Shown here: piece after piece, positions 9,045 through 17,580 of the stretch | Layout: each line of letters begins with the position of its first letter | Position numbering within the stretch: position 1 is the first letter of the stretch | Assembly (NCBI GenBank): GCA_038065555.1 | Contig: JBBTQS010000004.1 | Coordinates: 65 to 64,064 of the forward strand | From: Patescibacteria group bacterium | Lineage (GTDB): Bacteria; Patescibacteriota; Patescibacteriia; Magasanikbacterales; JBBTQS01 | Length of the DNA stretch: 64,000 nt | Direction of reading: 5' to 3' | Notes under the pieces: generated by a model | The model's database searches: none | What the model was told of the DNA's origin: nothing | The model's input: the letters and a program-made list of their open reading frames with translations, nothing else | Translations under genes and position numbers: made by a program

Positions 9045-9932
9045 CTAGAATAATACCTCCACGAACTCATCCGGAACGAACATGCAGATGAGGATGACAA
9101 CCCCCATTATGACAATGAAGCCGATGATCTGACCGATGTTCCCCATGAAGGCTTGCCAACGTGTCGGCGGCATCTTGATCGTCGCAGATGCTGGTGCAGG
9201 TCGAGCAGTCATGTAGGCTGGTCGCGCTGACTCACCTTCAGCGAGATCGCGTTGCATCGACTCGATGATTTCGAACTCCTTGAGGGTGATTCCGAATCGT
9301 TTTTCCAAGACCTGTTCGATGCGATCTTTCATATCGGCAACGACATCAGCATTCTCCGCGAGTTCAAGCGGCGAATCTCTCGAGAAAAACGAACGTATGA
9401 ATCCTCCGCCTTGCTCCTTCGACGCCTTCACGAATGCGTTGTTGACCAATCCCGGTAGAATTCCTTGCTCAAACGGTTGATCATTGCAATCATCAACCAG
9501 CCTTTGCAACTTGGATTCATCGAGATCGTACACTAATTTCACCTTGAGGAAGACAGGTTGCGGCGTCAGCGACTCTGCAAAATCCCCTAGTGGCGTATTC
9601 CTTGTCCAGCGATTTTGTTTGAGCGTGTGACCGAGTGTGGCGAGCTTGCCTTGCTCGATACGAACCACGAACGAACTCGAGATCTCGCCCATCGGCACGA
9701 CGTAGTCTGCGTCGTAGGAGTACCCAGCAAGTGGATGTTCACCAGGCGGCAAGATACGCGCCCTGTTGCCTTCGCCACCGTAGAGCACGATGCGCTCGTT
9801 GGGACCGACCTGACAGCTCGTTGTCTCGACTTGCTCCCACGTCATGTAGAGCGCGATGCCGAGAATCACCGCAACGAAGAGACACACGGAGACCTTCACT
9901 ACCTGTATCTGTTTTCTTGAAGCACTGCTCAC
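9045..9932 (-). CDS. Divergent SPFH/band-7-like membrane protein
   Basis: N-terminal TM, VGPNERIVL..G..ILPPG.H and LEKRFGITLKEFEI resemble SPFH ends; extra C-terminal TM; GGAGG SD with GTG start. Confidence 0.55.
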   Translation of the reverse strand: MSSASRKQIQVVKVSVCLFVAVILGIALYMTWEQVETTSCQVGPNERIVLYGGEGNRARILPPGEHPLAGYSYDADYVVPMGEISSSFVVRIEQGKLATLGHTLKQNRWTRNTPLGDFAESLTPQPVFLKVKLVYDLDESKLQRLVDDCNDQPFEQGILPGLVNNAFVKASKEQGGGFIRSFFSRDSPLELAENADVVADMKDRIEQVLEKRFGITLKEFEIIESMQRDLAEGESARPAYMTARPAPASATIKMPPTRWQAFMGNIGQIIGFIVIMGVVILICMFVPDEFVEVLF

Positions 9933-9975
9933 GGATCCCCTCCATTGGTGGTTTTGTTGTTCTCACCTGTGCGTC

Positions 9976-10674
9976 TTACGGTTCAGCACTGACGCCCAGG
10001 CTTTCTCCGTTTTCGAGCCGCTCCTCGACCTCCTCACGCAGTGCGGAGCGGCTGAAGGCGTCGATCCCGAGCGATGTGCGCCAGGCCCGGATAGTGTTCC
10101 TCGAGACACCACAGCATCCAGCGATTTCGCTGTCACTGATCTGGCCGAGAAATGGCTCAGCCACCGTTCGCCATTCCGGCCTCTCGTTGTAGGGATACTT
10201 CCCAAACCCTGCCCGTTCGTACGCATTGCGCAGCGTTCCGTAGTGCACGACTGCAGAACGGTGGAGCGATGCGTTCTCCTCCAGCAGCAGCGCCGGTTCC
10301 ATGACGCCTGTGTTACGTAGCGCCTCGAGCACCTGCGATGGGCAGTAGAAGGAGACCTCGATCTGACTCATCGCATTCCGGAAGCTGTGTATGAGTTTTG
10401 CCACGAACCGATGCCGGCAGTGGGTACTCGGACAGGTAGTCTGGATATCTGTCGGACTGTCAGAGAATCCTGCGGCGATTTCTGCTGTGGTCAGCCGACG
10501 ATTACATCCTGGGCACTCACCACGTGGTGAGTACACCTCGCCAGTGAGTGCTTCGACGAGCTCGAGCCGCTTGTCGAAGACTGCTTGTCTGATGGCGAGC
10601 TTCTGCGCCTGTGTCAGTGCGACATGTTGCTCCATCTTCTGCGACGGTACCTGCGATTGACTCATGCTAAACAC
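9976..10674 (-). CDS. Zn-binding, HTH-containing protein with sigma54-like termini
   Basis: CPGC and CPSTHC pairs; C-terminal ISDSEIA...VSRNTIRAWRTSLGI HTH; GAGGT SD before GTG 10674 (alternative ATG 10665). Confidence 0.75.
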   Translation of the reverse strand: MFSMSQSQVPSQKMEQHVALTQAQKLAIRQAVFDKRLELVEALTGEVYSPRGECPGCNRRLTTAEIAAGFSDSPTDIQTTCPSTHCRHRFVAKLIHSFRNAMSQIEVSFYCPSQVLEALRNTGVMEPALLLEENASLHRSAVVHYGTLRNAYERAGFGKYPYNERPEWRTVAEPFLGQISDSEIAGCCGVSRNTIRAWRTSLGIDAFSRSALREEVEERLENGESLGVSAEP

Positions 10675-10746
10675 GGTGCACCTCTTTCTTGCCACAGTCA
10701 TCATGACTGCTTGGCAAGAGCTCAGAGTATGTGGTTTTTCCTCGTG

Positions 10747-10794
10747 TGTCAAGATAAAACGAAACCACCCAGCGTGTGAAGCCAGGTGGGTGCG
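10747..10794 (-). repeat. Terminator/-35 module, direct repeat copy 2
   Basis: tgtcaagataaaacgaaaccacccagcgtgtgaagccaggtgggtgcg; TTGACA-N17-TACTCT follows on minus strand. Confidence 0.9.
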
Positions 10795-10825
10795 GGAGAG
10801 ATGGGTTGATGTCTCTCCAACATCG

Positions 10826-11835
10826 TTACGCGACTCGCGGAAAGTCGTACCAGACGCGGCTCCCCCGAGACCCGACATCCTCATACCCGAATCCCACTGC
10901 GCCGATTGCGAGCCCGCCAATTGCCGTGCCATGGACAAGCCCGCCAGGTGTCCAGCTTTCGAGTGGTCGATCTGGGTATACACCGCAGATCTCGCGTGCG
11001 AGGCGTCCGGGAGTAAAACTACTGAAACGAACGACGGTACTATCCGTTCGGCCCTCTACTGCGAATTCGACGGATTTGTAGCCGGCCGCAACTCGCGACC
11101 CTGCGAGGTGAATCAGGAAGAGCGCAAGATCCGTGACTCCTCTGTGAACACCACCAGCGTTGCCGGGTGTGTCCTCCTCCCACAACCCATAGAGCGGGGT
11201 AACGGAAGTGAACAGCTCACTGGACACCACATCGCGAAGTATTGTTTGACACTTGCGATGGGCATAGTAGCCGTTCGTGATTTGCATCGCCATCTCCACG
11301 CTACTCGCCACAGGCACACGGACGGTCGGAGGATCAATCGGTCGATGCTTCTCGATGACTGTATACCCCGTACGCATCTCCAACATGATGAGAACCTGCT
11401 GAAGCGCAGCAGACCCCGGAACTGATGAATCTGGCAGGTCGCGCACCAGTTCTCGCAGGAAGTGAACCTGAGATGCGCCGACCTGGCTAAGTGCACCCGC
11501 ACGAACTGGGTACAGGTCGAAGGGCGGCGGTGTGGCGGCGGTGTGGCGGCCATGGGCTGTAGCACGCGCGTTGCACCGCTCGTGAAGTTAGGATCGTAAT
11601 CCCGGCTCAATTGATACCGCCGTCCGTTCACCTCACGTACGAGATGTTCCGCCTCCTCGCTCTTGATCGCCCCAGCGCTCACTGCACTACTGATCATCCA
11701 GAGCATGTGTCCGGCGTTGTCTGTCTCGCCCACAACCCTGCCGCTTGAATCGAAGAGCACATAGAAGTGCGGTTGTCCGAGGCTACTGTACCTTGCATCC
11801 GTGAAGGTACGAATGGAAGCAGTAGAATGATTCAA
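10826..11835 (-). pseudogene. Hypothetical gene frameshifted by 11-bp tandem duplication
   Basis: ORFs 11113-11835 and 10826-11446 join into one 332-aa ORF if one GGTGTGGCGGC unit (11529-11550) is removed; SD and promoter TTGACA-N17-TAGAGT (11924-11896) present. Confidence 0.75.
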
Positions 11836-11934
11836 AGAGCACCTCTCACAAAGTACACAGGTCTTGATCTACACACTGTGTGCAAACCACACGAGACTCT
11901 ACATATGGCATCACGATCTGTCAACAGAAGCAAG

Positions 11935-11980
11935 CAAAACAAAAGACACTCCGCGGTGAAGCGAAGTGTCTTTTGTTTTG
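11935..11980 (-). terminator. Terminator after rpsP
   Basis: CAAAACAAAAGACACT/AGTGTCTTTTGTTTTG inverted repeat. Confidence 0.75.
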
Positions 11981-11989
11981 AAAATATCT

Positions 11990-12313
11990 TTATGCTGCTG
12001 GTGCGTTCGCTGCCTTCTTTGCGATGGCAGTTGCGCGGCGCTTCGTGATGGTGATCGAGCGGACCTTCTTGCCGGTGATGAGTCCCTTGTCGATGAACAT
12101 GTTGCGAAGCGTGTCGGTTGGCTGTGCGCCTACTCCGAGCCAGTACTTCACGCGTTCCTCCTTGAGGGTGATTGCGCTCTCCTTCATGAGCGGGCTGAAA
12201 TGGCCGATGATTTCGTTGGTCGTGCCCCATGGATCGCGGCCCTGTTCCACAACAATAATCCGGTATTCCGGCTGCTTTTTCTTTCCAATGCGTGCGAGCT
12301 TGATTTTGACCAT
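11990..12313 (-). CDS. rpsP: 30S ribosomal protein bS16
   Basis: MVKIKLARIGKKKQPEYRIIV...YWLGVGAQPTDT. Confidence 0.97.
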   Translation of the reverse strand: MVKIKLARIGKKKQPEYRIIVVEQGRDPWGTTNEIIGHFSPLMKESAITLKEERVKYWLGVGAQPTDTLRNMFIDKGLITGKKVRSITITKRRATAIAKKAANAPAA

Positions 12314-12385
12314 AGAAAATAGGCTTCTTCAGTTCGGGGGTATTCTATATTGGATCCAGAAAAGCGTCAAGAGGCTATACCCAGG

Positions 12386-14650
12386 TTATTTTGCAGCGCG
12401 TGCCATAGCATCCTCGAGCCGCACCGACAGAACACGCGACACGCCGTCCTCGCCCATGGTCACTCCGTAGAGAAGCTGTGCTTGTTCCATGGTGGCGCGG
12501 TTGTGGGTGATGGCGACGAATTGGGTCTGGGTGGCGAGCTCGGCGATAATCGCACCGAATCTCACCGAGTTGCTTTCGTCGAGAGCGGCGTCTACCTCGT
12601 CGAGTACCACAAACGGCGACGGGTTGGTGGAGAGAATGGCGCAGATGAGTGCGACGCTCGTGAGTGCTTTCTCGCCGCCGGAGAGTACGGCAATGTCGGT
12701 GACACGCTTGCCTGGAGGTGAAGCGACAATGTCGATGCCGACGAGCGTCTCGGCGGTTGGATCTACTGCAGAAGCGTCTGTAGGCTCGCCCGATTCCTCA
12801 GATGCATTTGCTTGCTGCTCCTTCGGCGTCTGACGAATTTCAACAATCTCAGCACGGCCGCCGTTGAAGAGTGTCGCGAAGAATCTGCCGAACTCGCGGT
12901 TGATTTGTGCAAAAGCGACGGTACGACGCTTGGTGGTGATTGCGTCGAGCTCTACAATCCCCTTCTCGAGCTGCGCGATCGCGAGATCGAGGTCGCGAAC
13001 TTGTGCGTCGAGGAATTCGTGACGCTCGCGTGTTGTCTCGTACTCCTTCATGACTTCCGGGTCAATCGAGCCGATGAGCTCGAGCTGACGGCGCAGGCGA
13101 TACACATCCTGCTGCAATGCCTGCACGTCGACTGCGCGCGCAATCTCTGGTGGAATGGCTTCGATCTCTGCGCGATACTGGGGCACTTCGCGTGCAATCT
13201 CTTCGAGCAAGGTGTCTCGACGCGTCTCGATGCGCGCGAGATCTACTGCAATTGCACTGGCGCGCTGCTCAGTAGTGTGGAGCTGTTTTTGCTTGTCCTG
13301 TAATTCGCGCTGGAGTGCGAAGAATGCACTCTTCTTCTCCTGCTCTTCGCGACTGACCGATGCGATGCGCTCCTGGAGATGGATTGCTTTTTCTTCGATG
13401 AGTACAAGTGTCTTCTCCAGTTCGGCAATTTCTGCCTGCGCCTTGGTGTCCACAAACGCTGCGGGCTGCTGCTGTGGCGCTGGTTGCTGGAGACGTTCAA
13501 TAAGTGAAGCTACTTTGCCAAGGACACCTTTCACAAATCGCTCGAGAATGGAGAGATCGCGTTCGTTCTGCGCATGCGCCACTTCGTCGCGGATGGCTTC
13601 GAGCTCGGTGATGATTTTGGTGAGCGGCAATGGCGCCCATTTCTGTTGGCTCGTGGCGCGGACCGTTGCAACCTCGATCGCATTCTTGAGACGAATAATT
13701 TCTTCGCGCAATTTGGTGCGCTCGCGGTGCACTGCGTCGTACTCCTGTTGGAGTTGCGAGTAAATGTCGTTCTTGGTCTCATGCACTTCCATAGTGCGCA
13801 ACTGCGCAAACGCAGCATCGTACGCAGTCTGCAATGCCTTTTGCTCAATCGCAATGTGATCACGCTCTACAGACATGCGCGTGAGCTGCTCCTGGATGCG
13901 AACCCACTGACCGCCGTAATATTGGATGTACGCTGTGTGGAGCTCGCTCTCCACTTCGTCACGCTTCTCGAGACGCTTCACTTGGCGTGTGAGACTCTGG
14001 AGACGCGGCTCGATTTCGGAGAGCAGCATGCGGGACTCGTGGAGATTCTCGCGGGTGGCGTTGAGTTTGAGTACAGTCTGGTGACGTTTGATCTGGAATT
14101 CTTTGATACCAGCCGCTTCGTCGAAGAATGATTTGCGCTCTGCTGATGTCGCCATGAGCATGTGATCGATCATGCCTTGGCCAACGACGGTGTAGGACTT
14201 CTCCGCGAAGTGTGCGCGGGCGAGCAGGAGTTGGATGTCGACGAGACGCACGCGCGATCCATTGAGGAGATACTCGCCTTCGCCATCACGATACACACGA
14301 CGAGTGATCGCGATCTCGGAATAATCCATTGGATGATCATCGTCAGACTCCGCAGGTTTGATCGTGCCGTCTTCGTTGTTGAGTGTGAGCGTTACTTCCG
14401 CATACCCCATGCGCGACTTCTTGTCTGAACCACCGAAGATGACGTCTTCGGACTTTTTGCCACGAATAATTTTGAGTGACTGTTCGCCCAACACCCAACG
14501 GATTGCGTCTGCAATATTACTTTTGCCCGAACCATTTGGGCCAACAATGGCAGTCACACCCTGTCGCCCGCCGGTGGGTGGGATGAACTGGATGCGTGTT
14601 TTTGCAGCAAAAGACTTGAACCCTTGGACTTCGATGCTGGACAGATACAT
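12386..14650 (-). CDS. smc: SMC-family chromosome segregation ATPase (short)
   Basis: GFKSF, VGPNGSGKSNI, LSGGEKAL, LDEVDAALD, ITH motifs with coiled coils; only 754 aa. Confidence 0.93.
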   Translation of the reverse strand: MYLSSIEVQGFKSFAAKTRIQFIPPTGGRQGVTAIVGPNGSGKSNIADAIRWVLGEQSLKIIRGKKSEDVIFGGSDKKSRMGYAEVTLTLNNEDGTIKPAESDDDHPMDYSEIAITRRVYRDGEGEYLLNGSRVRLVDIQLLLARAHFAEKSYTVVGQGMIDHMLMATSAERKSFFDEAAGIKEFQIKRHQTVLKLNATRENLHESRMLLSEIEPRLQSLTRQVKRLEKRDEVESELHTAYIQYYGGQWVRIQEQLTRMSVERDHIAIEQKALQTAYDAAFAQLRTMEVHETKNDIYSQLQQEYDAVHRERTKLREEIIRLKNAIEVATVRATSQQKWAPLPLTKIITELEAIRDEVAHAQNERDLSILERFVKGVLGKVASLIERLQQPAPQQQPAAFVDTKAQAEIAELEKTLVLIEEKAIHLQERIASVSREEQEKKSAFFALQRELQDKQKQLHTTEQRASAIAVDLARIETRRDTLLEEIAREVPQYRAEIEAIPPEIARAVDVQALQQDVYRLRRQLELIGSIDPEVMKEYETTRERHEFLDAQVRDLDLAIAQLEKGIVELDAITTKRRTVAFAQINREFGRFFATLFNGGRAEIVEIRQTPKEQQANASEESGEPTDASAVDPTAETLVGIDIVASPPGKRVTDIAVLSGGEKALTSVALICAILSTNPSPFVVLDEVDAALDESNSVRFGAIIAELATQTQFVAITHNRATMEQAQLLYGVTMGEDGVSRVLSVRLEDAMARAAK

Positions 14651-14698
14651 ATAGAGGTCATTGTACTATGAGGAAGTTGCACAGTACAATGGTTACAT

Positions 14699-15106
14699 AT
14701 GACAACTACCCACCGATTCACTGGCAAAGGGCTCTTTTATACTGCGGCATTTATTTGCATTATTTCTGTCGTGTTGTCCCCTGTTGGACTTGTGTTCCTC
14801 TGGATGGCCATCCACGCGCGCATCGAACTGACTGATGACGCATTCATCTACCGCATGTTGACCACGAAGGTGATTCCATACGCATCGATCCAATCCATCA
14901 CACAAGCTCGGCCGCACACTGCACACGCGCACATGGACACACTCAACACCACCAAAGCACTCGTGACAGTAGTTCCACTTATCATCGAATACACTCGCGA
15001 CGGCAAATCCAAACGCACCAAGCTGTCGCTCAACTTCTTCGAACGACCATACGACATCCTCACCACGCTCGAAACCCGCAGCGGTCGAGCAGTCGTAAAA
15101 CAATAA
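14699..15106 (+). CDS. Membrane protein with bacterial PH-like domain
   Basis: Two N-terminal TM helices then IELTDDAFIYR...IPYASIQSI pattern. Confidence 0.6.
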   Translation: MTTTHRFTGKGLFYTAAFICIISVVLSPVGLVFLWMAIHARIELTDDAFIYRMLTTKVIPYASIQSITQARPHTAHAHMDTLNTTKALVTVVPLIIEYTRDGKSKRTKLSLNFFERPYDILTTLETRSGRAVVKQ

Positions 15107-15150
15107 AAAGAACGTCGCAAAGATTGACGAAGTGAATAAACGTAACATAC

Positions 15151-15228
15151 CAAAAGGCTCTAGCGCTCGTGAGCAAACCGAACCTCAGTTAACGGGGTGG
15201 ATTTGCGAGGGAACGCTAGAGCCTTTTG
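15151..15228. repeat. Hairpin element family A, copy 2
   Basis: 15-bp perfect IR CAAAAGGCTCTAGCG/CGCTAGAGCCTTTTG around core TCGTGAGCAA..ACCTCAGTTAACGGGG..TTGCGA. Confidence 0.85.
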
Positions 15229-15298
15229 CTATGCTGTTTTAGTACGGTATGCCAACCCTTGCAACGAACCACCAACTCGTGTATAGTCATTTCTCCCT

Positions 15299-16300
15299 AT
15301 GGAGACAATCAGCACCACAATCCATCAGCATCTGTCAGAAAAAGCGCACCATGTGTTGCTGATTTCGCATCCCCGACCAGATGGCGACACACTCTCCGCA
15401 GCATGTGCATTCATGCAGTATTTGCGATTGATCGGGAAGAAGTACACTGCGTTTTGCACCACCGCGATTCCCGCTGATCTCTTGTTCCTTCCTGGGAGCC
15501 GTGAGTTCACATCTGATGTGGGGATCTTTTCGCGCACGGCGTTCGACACGATTTGTTTCTTCGATACCGGCGACTTGCGTCATGCAGGTGTGGAGGAGCT
15601 CATGCAGTCGCTACCCTACCGCCCAACGATTGTGAACATCGACCACCATCACACCAACACACTCTTCGGTACGCACAATCTCGTGCTCACTGATGCGGCG
15701 TCGACCACGGAGACGCTCTACCATTTTTTCCAGGAGAACCACATCGCGATTACCTCAGACATGGCGACAGCGATTCTCACAGGGCTTGTGACAGACACAG
15801 GTAATTTCTCCAACCAAGCAACGACGCCAACGTCGGTGCGTATTGCGGCAGATCTCATGGCCGCTGGTGCAGACTTCGGCACAATTCTCTCCAATACATC
15901 GCGCAACAAATCCATGCGCGCGCTGCAACTCTGGGGTCTCATGCTCTCGCGTCTCACCTATGTTGCAGCCCACAACGTGACCTACACATTCGTACGTCGC
16001 GAAGAACGCGACGCCATGGGCGCAACAGATGACGACATCGACGGACTCGCCAACTTCCTCAATTCGCTCGGCGAAGGACGCGCTGTCATTGTCCTACGCG
16101 AAGTCGATGGCGGTGGTGTCAAAGGCAGCATGCGCACGACCAAGCACGACATGGACGTCTCAGCTATCGCCGCATACTTCGGCGGTGGCGGACACAAAAA
16201 GGCTGCAGGATTCACGCTCAAGAACGCGCAACTCACTGACGCCGCGACTGCGTGGAAGTTGTTGGAGCCAGCATTCCTTGCTACGATGCAAAAACAGTAA
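15299..16300 (+). CDS. nrnA: DHH/DHHA1 phosphoesterase (NrnA-like nanoRNase/pAp phosphatase)
   Basis: SHPRPDGD, NIDHH, TDTGNF, GGGGHKKAAG motifs. Confidence 0.88.
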   Translation: METISTTIHQHLSEKAHHVLLISHPRPDGDTLSAACAFMQYLRLIGKKYTAFCTTAIPADLLFLPGSREFTSDVGIFSRTAFDTICFFDTGDLRHAGVEELMQSLPYRPTIVNIDHHHTNTLFGTHNLVLTDAASTTETLYHFFQENHIAITSDMATAILTGLVTDTGNFSNQATTPTSVRIAADLMAAGADFGTILSNTSRNKSMRALQLWGLMLSRLTYVAAHNVTYTFVRREERDAMGATDDDIDGLANFLNSLGEGRAVIVLREVDGGGVKGSMRTTKHDMDVSAIAAYFGGGGHKKAAGFTLKNAQLTDAATAWKLLEPAFLATMQKQ

Positions 16301-16318
16301 CAAACCGTAATCAGCAGT

Positions 16319-16903
16319 ATGACCAACCAATACCTAGTACCAACTGTCATTGAAAAGACGCAATTTGGCGAGCGAGCGTACGACATCTATTCTCGCCTGC
16401 TCAAGGATCGCATTATCTTCCTTGGTTCAGCGATTGACGATGGCGTTGCCAATGCTGTCATCGCACAGCTCCTCTTCCTCGACTCTCAGGACAAGACACA
16501 AGACATCAAGCTGTACATCAACTCCCCCGGCGGATCTGTCACTGCGGGCATGGCAATCTACGACACGATGAAGCTCATCAAGGCTGATGTGTCCACGATC
16601 TGTATCGGTATGGCGGCAAGCATGGCAGCAACACTGCTCGCATCTGGCCAGAAGGGCAAGCGCTATGTTCTCCCCAACGCCGAGGTCATGATCCATCAGG
16701 TAATGGGCGGCACCGAAGGCCAAGCAACGGATATCCAAATCCACGCTGAGCGCATCATCCGCATGAAGAATAGTCTCAACCAAATTCTCTCTGATCTCAC
16801 CGGCCAAACACTCGAGCGCGTGAGCGCAGACACCGAGCGCGATCACTTCATGACAGCAAAAGAAGCGGTGGCGTACGGGATCGTGGATTCCATTATTGAG
16901 TAA
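16319..16903 (+). CDS. clpP: ATP-dependent Clp protease proteolytic subunit
   Basis: [37 protein letters not shown]. Confidence 0.98.
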   Translation: MTNQYLVPTVIEKTQFGERAYDIYSRLLKDRIIFLGSAIDDGVANAVIAQLLFLDSQDKTQDIKLYINSPGGSVTAGMAIYDTMKLIKADVSTICIGMAASMAATLLASGQKGKRYVLPNAEVMIHQVMGGTEGQATDIQIHAERIIRMKNSLNQILSDLTGQTLERVSADTERDHFMTAKEAVAYGIVDSIIE

Positions 16904-16933
16904 TTTCGCTCAGTAACTCGCACGTGTTCCAAT

Positions 16934-17108
16934 AGTACAACAAAGATACCTATTCATCTTTCTGAGAAGTACGTCGTCGCTCGCCCTCCGGGACTCGCGC
17001 GCCTCTATCTCGGAATGTCGGACAACGAGCCACGCCTACAGCGTGTCTACCCAACCAACATTCCTCCGATGGCTTCTCAGAAAGATGAATAGGTATCTTT
17101 GTTGTACT
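16934..17108. repeat. Structured element family B, copy 1
   Basis: 36-bp perfect IR (16934-16969 / 17073-17108) enclosing two internal stems. Confidence 0.88.
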
Positions 17109-17155
17109 TCCGCGCACGCGCAAGCTATCGAGTGGTTTTACGCAGTAATGGCATA

Positions 17156-17360
17156 CCATATCCCCACACCACCCCCTCAAAAGCAGGGGTGCTAGGGTTG
17201 AGGGGGCCAACGGAGGCCAGCCGGCAGGCAGTATCCGCCTTCAGGCGATACTCATTGTCCGGCTGGCCGAGTTAGAGACCCGATTTCCCGGTGAGGGAAA
17301 TTGAGGTTGTACCCCGACGCCCTAACACCCCTGCTTATGAGTGGGGCCGTCGAGATATGG
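17156..17360. repeat. Structured element family B, copy 2 (opposite orientation)
   Basis: Long imperfect closing stem with two internal hairpins; reverse complement carries GTAC..CCCTCACCGGG..CTCGG..CCTCCGTTGGC. Confidence 0.82.
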
Positions 17361-17380
17361 AAAACCTTTCAATCCAGCGC

Positions 17381-17409
17381 TTGACAGCTCATAGGACACG
17401 TGGTAGTCT
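17381..17409 (+). promoter_or_regulatory. sigma70 promoter with no convincing downstream CDS
   Basis: TTGACA-N17-TAGTCT with extended -10 TG. Confidence 0.65.
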
Positions 17410-17415
17410 CCTTCC

Positions 17416-17573
17416 TTGAACCCCCACCACGGGTTGATCTTTTGCAAATTCCTTTCGTTCTCTGCGTCCACGACAAGCATGGAGGTGTATTTTTGGGTTA
17501 TGCTGGCTCCGGCTGGTGTGCATCAATAATGTACCTTCTTGGGCGCAGAGACTGGGAGGGATTTTTTTGTTTT
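17416..17573 (+). ncRNA. Candidate hairpin ncRNA of unknown family
   Basis: About 120-nt rod with many G-U pairs on the + strand, promoter upstream and T-tract downstream. Confidence 0.55.
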
Positions 17574-17580
17574 CCAGCGA

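Noticed and set aside
4599-11980. Classical integron with attC sites
   Set aside because: No integron integrase; hairpins lack consistent RYYYAAC/GTTRRRY boxes and most genes have their own promoters
17416-17573. SRP RNA or canonical 6S RNA
   Set aside because: Lacks the SRP helix-8 CAGG..GGAA..AGCA motif; the bulge is one-sided rather than a symmetric central bubble
16905-17580. CRISPR array or IS/MITE in the long intergenic region
   Set aside because: No regularly spaced direct repeats, no cas or transposase gene, arms differ between copies and no target-site duplication is evident
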